From Candidatus Binatia bacterium (lineage in GTDB: Bacteria; Desulfobacterota; Binatia; HRBIN30), in contig JBBRSP010000008.1 in NCBI GenBank assembly GCA_038245295.1, positions 32,001-96,000 of the forward strand: a stretch of DNA of 64,000 bases, written 5' to 3'. The translations under genes were made by a program, and so were the position numbers. The notes under the pieces are model-generated. The model was not told the origin of the DNA. It did not search any database and saw only the letters and a list, made by a program, of their open reading frames with translations. Positions 1 to 9,395 of this stretch are shown here, piece after piece; within the stretch, counting starts at the first letter, position 1; each line of letters begins with the position of its first letter.

Positions 1-1598
1 TTTTGGTAGATCACGCTGCGGGTTTGGCTCGGGCAAGGGCAAACCGTGTATTCGGCAAGTGGGATCTCGAACGCTTGCGTCACGGCAAATTGGTCGAACA
101 TCGGGGACTCACCGAACCAGCCGGGGAAGACGACCAACCAATCGACGCGCTCAAATCTCAGTGTGCCGCCAAACGCCAATTGGGCGTTGTTGAGCCCCAG
201 GATATCGAAGGTCCAGCGGTCTCCGAAGTAGCGAATCGCACCTGCATCGTTCACGGCAACCAGGGCGTCGGGCCGCGTGTGGTCGCGGATCCACTCACCG
301 GGTGCGACGTTGATGAGATGAATCGCGCGCGCATCGGAGGATAGTCGTCGCGCCCGTTCGAGCACGGAATCCGCTAGATCGGGGCCAGCCAAGACGATCG
401 CCCACATGAGTGCGACCCCAACAGCGAACGAACACAAGTCGGTTGCTGAGGCGCGACGACGAGGGCTCGCCAACAGTGCCGATCCGGCCTGGATGGCCGC
501 TACAATGGTGAGCCCGCATCCAAGACAAAATGCCGCGGTGAGAACGAGCGACGCCGGTTCGACCCAGCGGGTCCAGTAGTATCCGTTGGGATTGAGCCGC
601 CGCGAGCCGCCAATGGCGATCGCATATAGAGTCGGGGCAACGATCAGGAACCAGGCGAGGGCGAGCCGCGAACGATCGCGACGCGCGATGCACCATCCCA
701 GCAGGAGAACGAGAACGAGTCCGAAGATACCCAGATGCGCGTACCCGTGCTGGGTGACGATCAGCGCGACAGCCTGCAATGGCTCGATGCCAAAACGGAA
801 GGCCGAGGCTTTGAGGTAGAATGTTGTCGGAAGCCAGTGCCCGTTTGCCGCGTGGCAGAAGGCCATCCAAAGGGCCACAGGCGTCCAGGCAAGAAGCCAT
901 CTGGCATGATCCTCTCGCGTTGGATGGCGTCCTTCCTCGACGAGCCAGGCTGCGACAAGCCACATCGGTAAGAGAATGGCTGCTTCCGGGCGTGCTAACG
1001 GGGCCATAGCAAAGCACAGAAGGGACCACGACCAGCGGCGGGCCGCGAACGTGGCGACCCCTGCCAACCACAGGGCGATCAGCAGGATGCTCTCCATCCC
1101 GGAGAAGGTTGCGAAGAGAAGGACGGGGTCGGCGGCAAAAAGGGTTGCGGCGATGAGCCCTGCCGCCCTCGATCCGCTGGCCTGCGCCCCCAGGGACACC
1201 ACGGCTAGCAAGGCCGCACAGCCGAGGAGGAAGGCGATCGCCTTCACGGTGATTACGAGTGCGTCGGCCGCGAGCGGCTCGATCCAGTGCGCCGGCACGG
1301 TAGCGATGGCCCACAGCGGGCTGGTTGAGCCTGCCTCCTGGGGCCCGCCACGGTTGTACTGGAAACCGCGGCCCTCGGCGAACGCCTGGGAGTAGATACG
1401 ATGAATCCACGCGTCATCGAGCGGGAAATCACGGATCGCGTAGGACGATTGCTGCGCGAAGAAAAGAACGCCGAGGGCGTAGACGCTGAGTGGCAAGAGC
1501 AGCGGGAGAATCTTGTTCCACCGCCGGCCATTCGACGCCGCCCGGATCTTCCGTTCGGGCAATCCGTCGCTCGCGGCGTCGCTGCTCACGCCGCGCAT
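1..1598 (-). CDS. GT-C fold membrane glycosyltransferase (AftB/PMT-like), 3' end runs off the window
   Basis: Absent from the ORF track, apparently because it has no stop in the window. Manual translation from ATG 1598 gives DFPLDDAWIHRIYSQAFAEGRGFQYN..GSTSPLW and FSGME. The same frame near the window start reads AVNDAGAIRYFGDRWTFDILGLN. Many hydrophobic helices. Confidence 0.8.
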   Translation of the reverse strand, partial: MRGVSSDAASDGLPERKIRAASNGRRWNKILPLLLPLSVYALGVLFFAQQSSYAIRDFPLDDAWIHRIYSQAFAEGRGFQYNRGGPQEAGSTSPLWAIATVPAHWIEPLAADALVITVKAIAFLLGCAALLAVVSLGAQASGSRAAGLIAATLFAADPVLLFATFSGMESILLIALWLAGVATFAARRWSWSLLCFAMAPLARPEAAILLPMWLVAAWLVEEGRHPTREDHARWLLAWTPVALWMAFCHAANGHWLPTTFYLKASAFRFGIEPLQAVALIVTQHGYAHLGIFGLVLVLLLGWCIARRDRSRLALAWFLIVAPTLYAIAIGGSRRLNPNGYYWTRWVEPASLVLTAAFCLGCGLTIVAAIQAGSALLASPRRRASATDLCSFAVGVALMWAIVLAGPDLADSVLERARRLSSDARAIHLINVAPGEWIRDHTRPDALVAVNDAGAIRYFGDRWTFDILGLNNAQLAFGGTLRFERVDWLVVFPGWFGESPMFDQFAVTQAFEIPLAEYTVCPCPSQTRSVIYQ

Positions 1599-1703
1599 AT
1601 CGCCGCACTCACAAAGGCTGTCAAGCCGCGCTGTTCACCGCGATAGCGCCGCACGGGCGCTACGTTGACCCCCTTCACGCGCCGATGCTAGTCGGGCGAG
1701 ACC

Positions 1704-3596
1704 TTGCACGCCGCTACTTCAACAGGCCGTTCGACCCCTTCGACGCGGCTGCGTCTGTGGCTGAGCGCTCTCGCGGTGGTCGCTGCGGTGACCGCCGCCT
1801 ACCTGCCGACTTTGCGGAATGGGTTCGTCAATTGGGACGATGATCGTTACGTCGTCGGCAACGAGGCGCTGCGATCCCCAGCCGGGCTCCTGAAAATCTG
1901 GTCGACTCTCGAGATGCCGGATGGATTTCCAAACTACCCGTTGGTGCTCACGTCGTATTGGATCGAGTACCAAGCCTGGGGGGCGTCGCCGGCGGGCTAT
2001 CACGCTACCAGCACGGGGTTGCACGCGGCCAACGTTGGGCTGGTATTCGCCCTGGCGTTGATGCTGGGCGCATCGCCCTGGGTAGCCTGCACGGCCGCCG
2101 CGATGTTCGGGCTCCATCCCATGCAAGCGGAGTCCGTGGTGTGGGTGGCGGAGCGCAAGAACCTGCTGTCCTCGTTCTTCGCCCTGATTACGATGTTGGC
2201 CTATTTGCAGTATCGCCGTGAGGGACGGTGGCCGTGGTATGCCGCGGCGCTGCTGAGTTTTGTCTTGGCGCTGCTGAGCAAGACGGCGGTGGCACCGTTG
2301 CCGCTCTCGTTACTGTGGCTCGACCTTGGCCGCGACGATGGGCGGCGACGGGCGAGTCTCGCGCGCCTCCTACCGTTCCTTGTGTTTGGCGGTGTCGCCG
2401 GTTTGCAGACCCTGCATGTCGAAGAGTTGCCCGCGACGGTGGCTCTAGGCGCACGGCCTCTCCTCGCCGCCGCGGCACTGTGTTTCTACGGTGGTATGCT
2501 GCTTGTTCCCTGGAACGTTATGGCGTTGTATCCGCGCTGGGAAGTTGTTCCAGGGGCCGTCGTTTGGTGGTTACCGCTGCTTGGCGTCCTCGGTATCAGC
2601 GCCATCGTCTATCGCTGGGTGTCGGACCGTCGCATACGCTGGGGTTTGATCCACTTCGTGTTGCTGCTGCTGCCGGTACTCGGATTGCGGCCCTTCGCGT
2701 TCAACAAGTACAGCTTCGTTGCCAATCATCACGTCTATCTCGCGTCGGTCGGGTTCTTCCTCGCCTTCGCAGAAGTACTCGGGTTTTGGCACGCCCGACG
2801 CGGCCGTCTCGTCAGCTTGCTCACCGGCCTCGTTGTACTGTGCTGGTTGGCGATTACCGAGCAGCAGATTCTGACATGGCACGACTCGGAGAGCCTTTGG
2901 ACGCAGGTGCTCACCGAGAATCCCCGGTCACCCGTTGCGCTGGTAAACCTCGGGCACGAGTTGATCGATCGCGGTCTACTGGAGGAGGGTGCAGCACTTT
3001 TTCGCCAAGCACTCGAGGTCGCGCCGGATAGCGCCGAGGCGCACACCAACCTGGCGCGTGTGTTCTTCGTGCAAGGCAAGTTCGAGGAAGCTGTAAAGCA
3101 TTGCCGCGCCGCCGTGTTGGTGCGGCCGAGTGATGCCGGGTTTCATCGGAATCTGGCAATGGCCCTCAAGTCCGAAGGCAGCGTCGAGGAGGCCAAAGCG
3201 GAGTTGCGTGCGGCGCTCCGTCTGCGCAACGACGCGGGGTACCACGCTCTCCTGGGAGATTTGCTGCTTGCCGAGGGCAACACGACGGAAGCGATTGGCG
3301 AGTACGGGCTCGCCTTGGCGATCGATGACGCACCGCAAGTGCGCCACGCGCTCGGCATGGCGTACCTGTCTGCGGATCGACTACGCGAAGCGGCGGCGGC
3401 GTTTGAGGATGTCGTTCGACGACGGCCCGATTGGGTCGAAGCTCATTACAATCTGGCCGTGGCGCTGCGTGCCCTCGGGAATCGGCAAGAGGCCATACAA
3501 CAGCTGGAAGAGGCCCTTCGCCTGGCACCGCAGTTCTTACTGGCGCAGCAGGAGCTGGAGTCGATCGGCGCTGAGTCTCAGTTCGATGGCCAATGA
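1704..3596 (+). CDS. TMTC-like protein O-mannosyltransferase (GT-C membrane domain plus C-terminal TPR repeats)
   Basis: NGFVNWDD, YHxxxxxLH, FGLHPMQAESVVWVAERK and LLSK motifs, followed by about 6 TPRs (AHTNLA, AHYNLAVAL). TTG start uncertain. Confidence 0.85.
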   Translation: MHAATSTGRSTPSTRLRLWLSALAVVAAVTAAYLPTLRNGFVNWDDDRYVVGNEALRSPAGLLKIWSTLEMPDGFPNYPLVLTSYWIEYQAWGASPAGYHATSTGLHAANVGLVFALALMLGASPWVACTAAAMFGLHPMQAESVVWVAERKNLLSSFFALITMLAYLQYRREGRWPWYAAALLSFVLALLSKTAVAPLPLSLLWLDLGRDDGRRRASLARLLPFLVFGGVAGLQTLHVEELPATVALGARPLLAAAALCFYGGMLLVPWNVMALYPRWEVVPGAVVWWLPLLGVLGISAIVYRWVSDRRIRWGLIHFVLLLLPVLGLRPFAFNKYSFVANHHVYLASVGFFLAFAEVLGFWHARRGRLVSLLTGLVVLCWLAITEQQILTWHDSESLWTQVLTENPRSPVALVNLGHELIDRGLLEEGAALFRQALEVAPDSAEAHTNLARVFFVQGKFEEAVKHCRAAVLVRPSDAGFHRNLAMALKSEGSVEEAKAELRAALRLRNDAGYHALLGDLLLAEGNTTEAIGEYGLALAIDDAPQVRHALGMAYLSADRLREAAAAFEDVVRRRPDWVEAHYNLAVALRALGNRQEAIQQLEEALRLAPQFLLAQQELESIGAESQFDGQ

Positions 3597-3688
3597 AGTC
3601 CCGGCCACCGCCCGCCAATAATCTAGGCGCGGACGCTATCGCCTCTCCTTCGTAATGCCGGGCAGAATGGATTAGAGGTCCGGCCTGG

Positions 3689-3850
3689 ATGTCGGAATCC
3701 CGCAGTTCAAATCAACATCGACGCTTCGTCTCGATTCTGATCGTGTTCGGCGTTGGCTCGTTAGCTGTGGCGGCCCACGTCTATCGGTACTGGCCATTCC
3801 TGGCGGAGGACACGTTGATCTTTCGTCTTGTTCGACTGAGTGCCGGCTGA
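3689..3850 (+). pseudogene. Probable N-terminal remnant (53 aa) of a GT-C glycosyltransferase
   Basis: ATG 3689 follows GAGGT. One TM helix, then HVYRYWPFLAEDTLIF, resembling the 'WPFLADDAxI' first-loop motif. Stops just before the next gene. Confidence 0.4.
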
Positions 3851-3852
3851 CC

Positions 3853-5493
3853 ATGCGCCGATCCGGACTGCTACTGGTGGTCGCTTGCGCGGCGACGTTG
3901 TTCTTCCGGCTCGGTAGCTTTCCACTGCTCGACGATCCGAACGAGGGGCAATACGCCGAGGTGGCGCGTGAGATGGTTGAGTCTGGGGAGTGGCTCAGCC
4001 CGCAGCTCGACTACGTCTTGTTCCTCAATAAACCGCCGCTCACGTATTGGCTGCTCGGCGCCTCCTATCGTCTGTTCGGTGTGTCCGAACTCGCGGCGCG
4101 TGTACCCTCTGCGGCCTGTGCACTGTTGATCGTTCTGCTCGTCGTCTGGCTGGGGAACCTGCTCTTTGATCCGGCGACGGGTGTTCGTGCCGGTCTCATC
4201 CTGGCGACGACGGCCGGCTTCTTCGTGGAATCACATCTCGTCCGACCAGATTTGGAACTGTGCCTTGGCATTACGGCCAGCTTTGTTGCTCTCGCCTACG
4301 TGTTTCGCGAAGGGGGGCGACCGCGCACCCTCGTGCTGGTCGCTCTACAGTCGGCTCTTGCCTTTGGGCTGCTGGCCAAAGGGATGGTGGCGCTGCTGGT
4401 GCCGGCATTGGTCGCGCTGCCTCTCCTCGTGTTTTCGCGACGCTGGAGTCTCGCCCGAGAATTGCTGCGGCCGCGCGCCTGGTGGTGGTTCGCCGTGCTG
4501 GTTGTCCCGTGGCATCTGGTCATGAGCCTGCGCCACAGCGGCTTTGCCTGGGACTATATCGTCAACCAACACCTGCTCTTCTTCTTCGACAAGAAAGAGC
4601 CGCGCGATTCGCTGCCCATCCCATTGTGGGCGTTCTGGGCGGCGTTTGCCGGGCGAATGTTTCCGTGGACGTTCTTCCTACCCCTGGCAGTGCGGAACGC
4701 GTGGCGAGCGCGGCGCGATTTCGGCAATCGCTTAGCCTTACTTTGGGCGAGCGCCGTTCTGCTCTTCTTCTCGATCGCCACCGCGCGGCTCGAACACTAT
4801 TCGATCCCGGCCCTGCCCGCGCTTGCCTTGTTGCTGGCGGCGCTGATGCGTGACACCACGACGACGATCGAGCGTCGTCTGGCCGCGGCGCACGCCATCG
4901 CGCTACTCGGTGCGGCGGCGGTGTCGGCGTTCCTTGCACCGCTGCCGTTGAGCATTGTCCTGCCGGTGACGATTACGCTGGCTGGTGGGTTTGCCGTTGC
5001 GGTGCTCGCTCCAAGGCAGGTTGGCGTTGCGGTGGCTGTTGGTGTGAGCCTGCTGCTGGCTGAACTTTGGATGGTCAACGGCCTCGCGTGGTACGCGCCG
5101 CAGAACTCCAGTCGTGCGACGGCGCAGGCTGTTGCCTCTGAATCTGCGGATGCCGTTCTCGTCTTCGAGGCGCCAATCGAATATCAGAATGTTGCGCCGC
5201 TTCTGTTCTACCTGAGGCGCCGCATCGCGATCCTGCGACCGCCACGCTTCATTGCGCCGGACTATCTCGTGCCGCATCAATCGGAGCTGTTCGTCTCACC
5301 AGAAGTCTTGGAACACTGGTGGCAAACGCGTGACGTGTTGTTCCTGGCGGATCCACTCATGCCGCGTGCGAGCATGGACGCTGTTGTCCCCGGGCCATAC
5401 GAAGTTGTCTGGCACAACGATGACCGATGGGTGCTCAAGTCGAAACGCGGATCGTTACCCGACGATCAGTCCGCGCCGGGACGCGGCAAATAG
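3853..5493 (+). CDS. ArnT-like GT39/GT83 glycosyltransferase (PMT_2 family)
   Basis: DPNEGQYAEVAREM..GEWLSP..FLNKPPLTYW, AKG, PW and HYSIPALP motifs; multi-TM. Confidence 0.85.
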   Translation: MRRSGLLLVVACAATLFFRLGSFPLLDDPNEGQYAEVAREMVESGEWLSPQLDYVLFLNKPPLTYWLLGASYRLFGVSELAARVPSAACALLIVLLVVWLGNLLFDPATGVRAGLILATTAGFFVESHLVRPDLELCLGITASFVALAYVFREGGRPRTLVLVALQSALAFGLLAKGMVALLVPALVALPLLVFSRRWSLARELLRPRAWWWFAVLVVPWHLVMSLRHSGFAWDYIVNQHLLFFFDKKEPRDSLPIPLWAFWAAFAGRMFPWTFFLPLAVRNAWRARRDFGNRLALLWASAVLLFFSIATARLEHYSIPALPALALLLAALMRDTTTTIERRLAAAHAIALLGAAAVSAFLAPLPLSIVLPVTITLAGGFAVAVLAPRQVGVAVAVGVSLLLAELWMVNGLAWYAPQNSSRATAQAVASESADAVLVFEAPIEYQNVAPLLFYLRRRIAILRPPRFIAPDYLVPHQSELFVSPEVLEHWWQTRDVLFLADPLMPRASMDAVVPGPYEVVWHNDDRWVLKSKRGSLPDDQSAPGRGK

Positions 5494-5518
5494 CCGCATG
5501 ACCAAGTCGCCCCACGTT

Positions 5519-5558
5519 CAGATGACCAGATGACCAAATGGCCAGATGACCAAATGAT
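5519..5558. repeat. Five tandem 8-bp units, consensus CARATGRC
   Basis: cagatgac cagatgac caaatggc cagatgac caaatgat; the same unit recurs at 53410-53512. Confidence 0.85.
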
Positions 5559-5617
5559 TCCATGTCTTGCTCTAACCTCGGGCAGGCGGGTATGTTCGGC
5601 GCCCCGGCGGGAAAATC

Positions 5618-6988
5618 ATGTCGCAATACATCGCAGACGCAAAGGCAGAGGTAGAAATCGAGAAGTACGACCAACTGGTCGAATACTTCGAAAACTCATG
5701 CAAGCCACGTGAGCGTTGGCGCATCGGCACCGAGTACGAAAAGGTGGCCGTGTTGGCATCAAACGGCCAGGCCGCGCCTTTCACCGGCGGGATCGAAGAA
5801 GTGTTGCGCCGGATGGCAGATCGTTACCCGTGGACCCCGATCGTCGAGGAAGGGCGCATCGTGGCGCTCAGCAGTGGCGCCGGCGGTGCGGCGATCACCC
5901 TCGAGCCGGGTGGACAGCTCGAGCTCTCGGGCGAGCAATGCGACAGTGTACACTGCGCGGCGCGCGAGTTTCACGAACACGTGCACCAAATCGTCAGCAT
6001 CGGCAAGGAGCTCGGAATCGTTTTCCTAGGCCTCGGCATGCAGCCGATCAGCCGCCTGGAAGAGATCGAGTGGGTGCCGAAGAAGCGCTACGGCATCATG
6101 GGTCCGTATATGCTCGAAGTCGGCACCCTCGGGCAGCGCATGATGAAGCAGACCGCCACGGTGCAGGTGAATTTCGACTACAGCAGCGAGCGTGATGCAA
6201 CGAACAAGGTGCGCACCGGCATGGGCCTGGCGCCGATTCTGAACGCCATGTTCGCCAACTCGCCCATCTGCGACGGCAATCTCAACGGGTACATGAGCTT
6301 CCGCGGTCATATTTGGACCGATACCGACAACAATCGCTCGGGCCTCCTGCCCTGGGTCTTCCAACGCGAGTGGGGCTTCGCCAACTACGTCGAGTACGCT
6401 CTCGATGTGCCGATGTATTTCATCGTGCGCGACGGCGAGTGGAGCAACATGACGGCGATGACGTTTCGACAATTCTGGAACGATGGCTACCGCAGCTATC
6501 GCGCCAACATGTCGGATTGGAACGCGCACCTGACGACACTGTTCCCCGAAACCCGGATGAAGGGTTACATCGAGATTCGCTCGATCGACAGCCAGGCCCC
6601 CGAGATGATGCTGGCGGTGCCGGCTATCGTCAAAGGGCTCTTCTACGATGCTGACTGTCTCGGTGCGGCGTGGGATCTCGTTAAGAGTTGGACCTGGGAG
6701 GAGCGCCTGACTCTGTGGCGCGACGCCCACAAGGGTGCGCTGCGGGCCAAGATCCGCACCATCGAGCTGCGTGAGCTGGCGCGTGAAGTCATCGACATCG
6801 CGGAGACCGGGCTGAATCGGCAGCGCCGTGCCGGCGAAGAATCCGAGGCGATGTACCTCGAGCGCTTGCGCGATGAGGTCCGCCGCGGTCGCTGTCCGGC
6901 CGATCTCCTCGTCGAGAAGTGGAACAGTACATGGGCTCAGCAGTACAGTGGCCTGGTGGAAGGTAGCGCCTACAGCATCGCGGCGTGA
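5618..6988 (+). CDS. gshA: Glutamate--cysteine ligase (GCS2, plant/alphaproteobacterial type)
   Basis: RIGTEYEK, ITLEPGGQLELSG, MMKQTATVQVNFDYSSE, HLTTLFPETR and IEIRSID motifs. Confidence 0.88.
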   Translation: MSQYIADAKAEVEIEKYDQLVEYFENSCKPRERWRIGTEYEKVAVLASNGQAAPFTGGIEEVLRRMADRYPWTPIVEEGRIVALSSGAGGAAITLEPGGQLELSGEQCDSVHCAAREFHEHVHQIVSIGKELGIVFLGLGMQPISRLEEIEWVPKKRYGIMGPYMLEVGTLGQRMMKQTATVQVNFDYSSERDATNKVRTGMGLAPILNAMFANSPICDGNLNGYMSFRGHIWTDTDNNRSGLLPWVFQREWGFANYVEYALDVPMYFIVRDGEWSNMTAMTFRQFWNDGYRSYRANMSDWNAHLTTLFPETRMKGYIEIRSIDSQAPEMMLAVPAIVKGLFYDADCLGAAWDLVKSWTWEERLTLWRDAHKGALRAKIRTIELRELAREVIDIAETGLNRQRRAGEESEAMYLERLRDEVRRGRCPADLLVEKWNSTWAQQYSGLVEGSAYSIAA

Positions 6989-7770
6989 CGAGCCCAGGCA
7001 TCATCACTCTGCTGACCGACTTCGGACTTGATGATCCCTACGTTGGGATCATGAAGGGAGTCATCCTTTCCGCCAACCCGACGGTTCGCCTGGTCGACCT
7101 GACGCACGCCATTGCCGCGCAAGATGTGCTTGCCGGTGCCATGAGCCTTCGCAGCGCGGTGCCATACTTTCCTTCGGACTGCATTCACCTTGCCGTCGTT
7201 GATCCCGGGGTTGGGTCGGCGCGCGCGGCGCTCGTGGTCGAGACAACTCATGGCTGGTTGGTTGGTCCTGACAACGGCCTGCTCTCCCTGGTCGGCGAAC
7301 GGCGACGAGTGTGGCGCATCGAGAACCAGGCGTTGTGGCGCCACCCGGTGTCGCGGACATTCCATGGCCGCGACGTATTCGCGCCGATTGCGGCTTATCT
7401 GAGCCTCGGCGGTTTGCCCGAAAGCGTTGGGCCGCTGGCCGCCGGCATACACGAGCTACGGCTGCCGGAGGTGACGCACCACCCCGACAGTATTGAAGGT
7501 GAGGTCATCCACGTTGATCATTTCGGCAACCTCGTCACCAACATCGACGCCGTCGCGATTGCTGCCTTTCACGCTGCGCCGCTTTCCACTAGTGTCGCCG
7601 GGATGACAGGAATCGGGCTTGTTACCGCATATACCAAGGCTGCGCCCGGTACTCTGTTGGCGATCATCGGCAGTTCGAATGTTCTGGAGATTGCGCTGCG
7701 CGATGGCAGCGCTGCCCGGCACCTCGGCGCTGGCAAAGGATCTCGCGTCAGTGTCCGGGTGGTTTCATGA
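6985..7770 (+). CDS. SAM hydroxide adenosyltransferase (DUF62; SAM hydrolase/halogenase superfamily)
   Basis: ITLLTDFG, VVDPGVGSAR, GPDNG, SRTFHGRDVFAP, VDHFGNLVTN. GTGA overlap with gshA. Confidence 0.9.
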   Translation: MTSPGIITLLTDFGLDDPYVGIMKGVILSANPTVRLVDLTHAIAAQDVLAGAMSLRSAVPYFPSDCIHLAVVDPGVGSARAALVVETTHGWLVGPDNGLLSLVGERRRVWRIENQALWRHPVSRTFHGRDVFAPIAAYLSLGGLPESVGPLAAGIHELRLPEVTHHPDSIEGEVIHVDHFGNLVTNIDAVAIAAFHAAPLSTSVAGMTGIGLVTAYTKAAPGTLLAIIGSSNVLEIALRDGSAARHLGAGKGSRVSVRVVS

Positions 7771-8834
7771 GCCAATCGCCGTTGCCGTACCCGCCGTCGC
7801 CCTGGCAACCGCCGCGGCCAATTGAGGCGCCCCAGCGGCGCCGTGCGGCGCGCCGGTCGCCGATCGTTCATATCCTTCTGTTCGTGGCAACGTTCTTCAC
7901 GACGTCGCTCACCGGCGCGTTTGCTTTGGGCGTAAATCCCTTGGTCGATCCGTGGTCTCTGCGGGCCGGATTCTCCTATTCGACCACCCTGATGATCATC
8001 ATGTTGTTCCACGAGTTCGGGCACTATTTCCTGGCCGTATTTCATCGCGTCGGAACTACCTTGCCGTTCTTTCTGCCCGGTCCGCCGCTGCCCCCACCGT
8101 TCCTCGCACCCGGGACCTTCGGCGCCTTCATTCGCATTCGCGAGTTGTTGCCTTCCCGCCGCGCTCTGTTCGATATCGGGGCTGCCGGTCCCTGGGCCGG
8201 GCTGCTCATCGCCGCACCAGCCTTCTATATCGGGCTGCGCTTGTCCGATGTGCGACCGCAAGTGCTTGCCCCTGCCGGCGGAGTTCTGGGTGAGTCGCTC
8301 ATGATGAAGGGACTGACCTGGCTGGCGCTCGGCACAACCGGCGACAACGTGACGATCACCCTGCACCCGATCGGCGTCGCCGGATGGTGGGGGTTGGTGA
8401 TTACGATGCTCAATCTCATGCCGATCGGCCAACTCGATGGCGGGCACGTGGTCTATGCGATGTTCGGCCGTCGTCATCGGTGGATTGCACGCGGCGCTGT
8501 GTTTCTGGTTGCGGCGCTGGCGGTGTTTTCCTCGGGGACATGGGCCGTATGGGTGTTGATCGCGATGATCATCGGTGTCGACCATCCGCCGACGGTGGAG
8601 GACTTTGTTCCCCTGCAAGGCTGGCGGCGCCTCGGCGGCTGGCTCACCATCCTTATGTTTTTTCTCGTGTTCATGCCGGGTTTGGCGCACGACTCGGCGC
8701 AACCGGACGAGCCCGACGCGCAGCGGGTAGAAGTGCGTGCCGAATCGCCGGACGGCGGCTGGCCGGCCACGATGTGGAGACAAACGACGTGGAGCGAACC
8801 GCTCCTGAGCAGGGTCGGAGGATGGAAGCGATGA
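7767..8834 (+). CDS. Site-2 intramembrane metalloprotease (M50)
   Basis: HEFGH, GTFGAFI, AGP and LNLMPIGQLDGGH motifs; ATGA overlap. Confidence 0.9.
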   Translation: MSQSPLPYPPSPWQPPRPIEAPQRRRAARRSPIVHILLFVATFFTTSLTGAFALGVNPLVDPWSLRAGFSYSTTLMIIMLFHEFGHYFLAVFHRVGTTLPFFLPGPPLPPPFLAPGTFGAFIRIRELLPSRRALFDIGAAGPWAGLLIAAPAFYIGLRLSDVRPQVLAPAGGVLGESLMMKGLTWLALGTTGDNVTITLHPIGVAGWWGLVITMLNLMPIGQLDGGHVVYAMFGRRHRWIARGAVFLVAALAVFSSGTWAVWVLIAMIIGVDHPPTVEDFVPLQGWRRLGGWLTILMFFLVFMPGLAHDSAQPDEPDAQRVEVRAESPDGGWPATMWRQTTWSEPLLSRVGGWKR

Positions 8835-9283
8835 GTGAACGGCCAAGTTGGGACCAGTATTTCATGACCATCACGCGCCAGGTGGCGGAGCGCTCGACGT
8901 GCACGCGGGCCAAGGTCGGGGCGGTCATCGTGCGCGACAAGAACATCCTGGCAACAGGCTACAATGGTTCGCCGGCGGGGTTGCCGCACTGCACCGACGT
9001 CGGCTGTCTGGTGTACAAGTCACAAACGCCAACCGGTGATACCGAGGAGAACTGCTTCCGTACAATCCACGCCGAGATCAATGCCATCGCGCAGGCGGCG
9101 AAGAACGGCGCGCCGATCCGTGACGCGCACATCTACATCACTCACACGCCGTGCATTCATTGCTTCAAGGTGCTCATCAACACCGGTATCGTGCGGATCT
9201 GTTACGAAAAGGAATACAAGCTCAACACAATCGAGCCTTTGCTGAAGTTTGCGCCGCAAGTGCAGTTGCAACGCGTCGAGTAG
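8831..9283 (+). CDS. dCMP deaminase / ComEB-family zinc deaminase
   Basis: RPSWDQYFM, RSTC, GYNG, HAE and PCxxC motifs; start at ATG 8831 overlaps the upstream stop. Confidence 0.9.
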   Translation: MSERPSWDQYFMTITRQVAERSTCTRAKVGAVIVRDKNILATGYNGSPAGLPHCTDVGCLVYKSQTPTGDTEENCFRTIHAEINAIAQAAKNGAPIRDAHIYITHTPCIHCFKVLINTGIVRICYEKEYKLNTIEPLLKFAPQVQLQRVE

Positions 9284-9395
9284 GACCTAGGAAGGCGGTT
9301 TCGTCGGGTCGCTGTTCCGGTTCTGCCCGCGTTTTTCGGGTTCGAGGAACGCAGCTGCGAGCCATCTTGCAACAACATCGGGAGCTCGCCTCGAA

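Noticed and set aside
295..1410. 371-aa minus-strand ORF in the track
   Set aside because: Wrong frame (Arg/Pro-rich); the real gene is in another minus frame running off the window.
6985..7770. Fluorinase/chlorinase
   Set aside because: It has the Asp-Arg-His set (VVDPG, SAR, TFHGRD) of SAM hydrolases, and there is no halometabolite cluster nearby.
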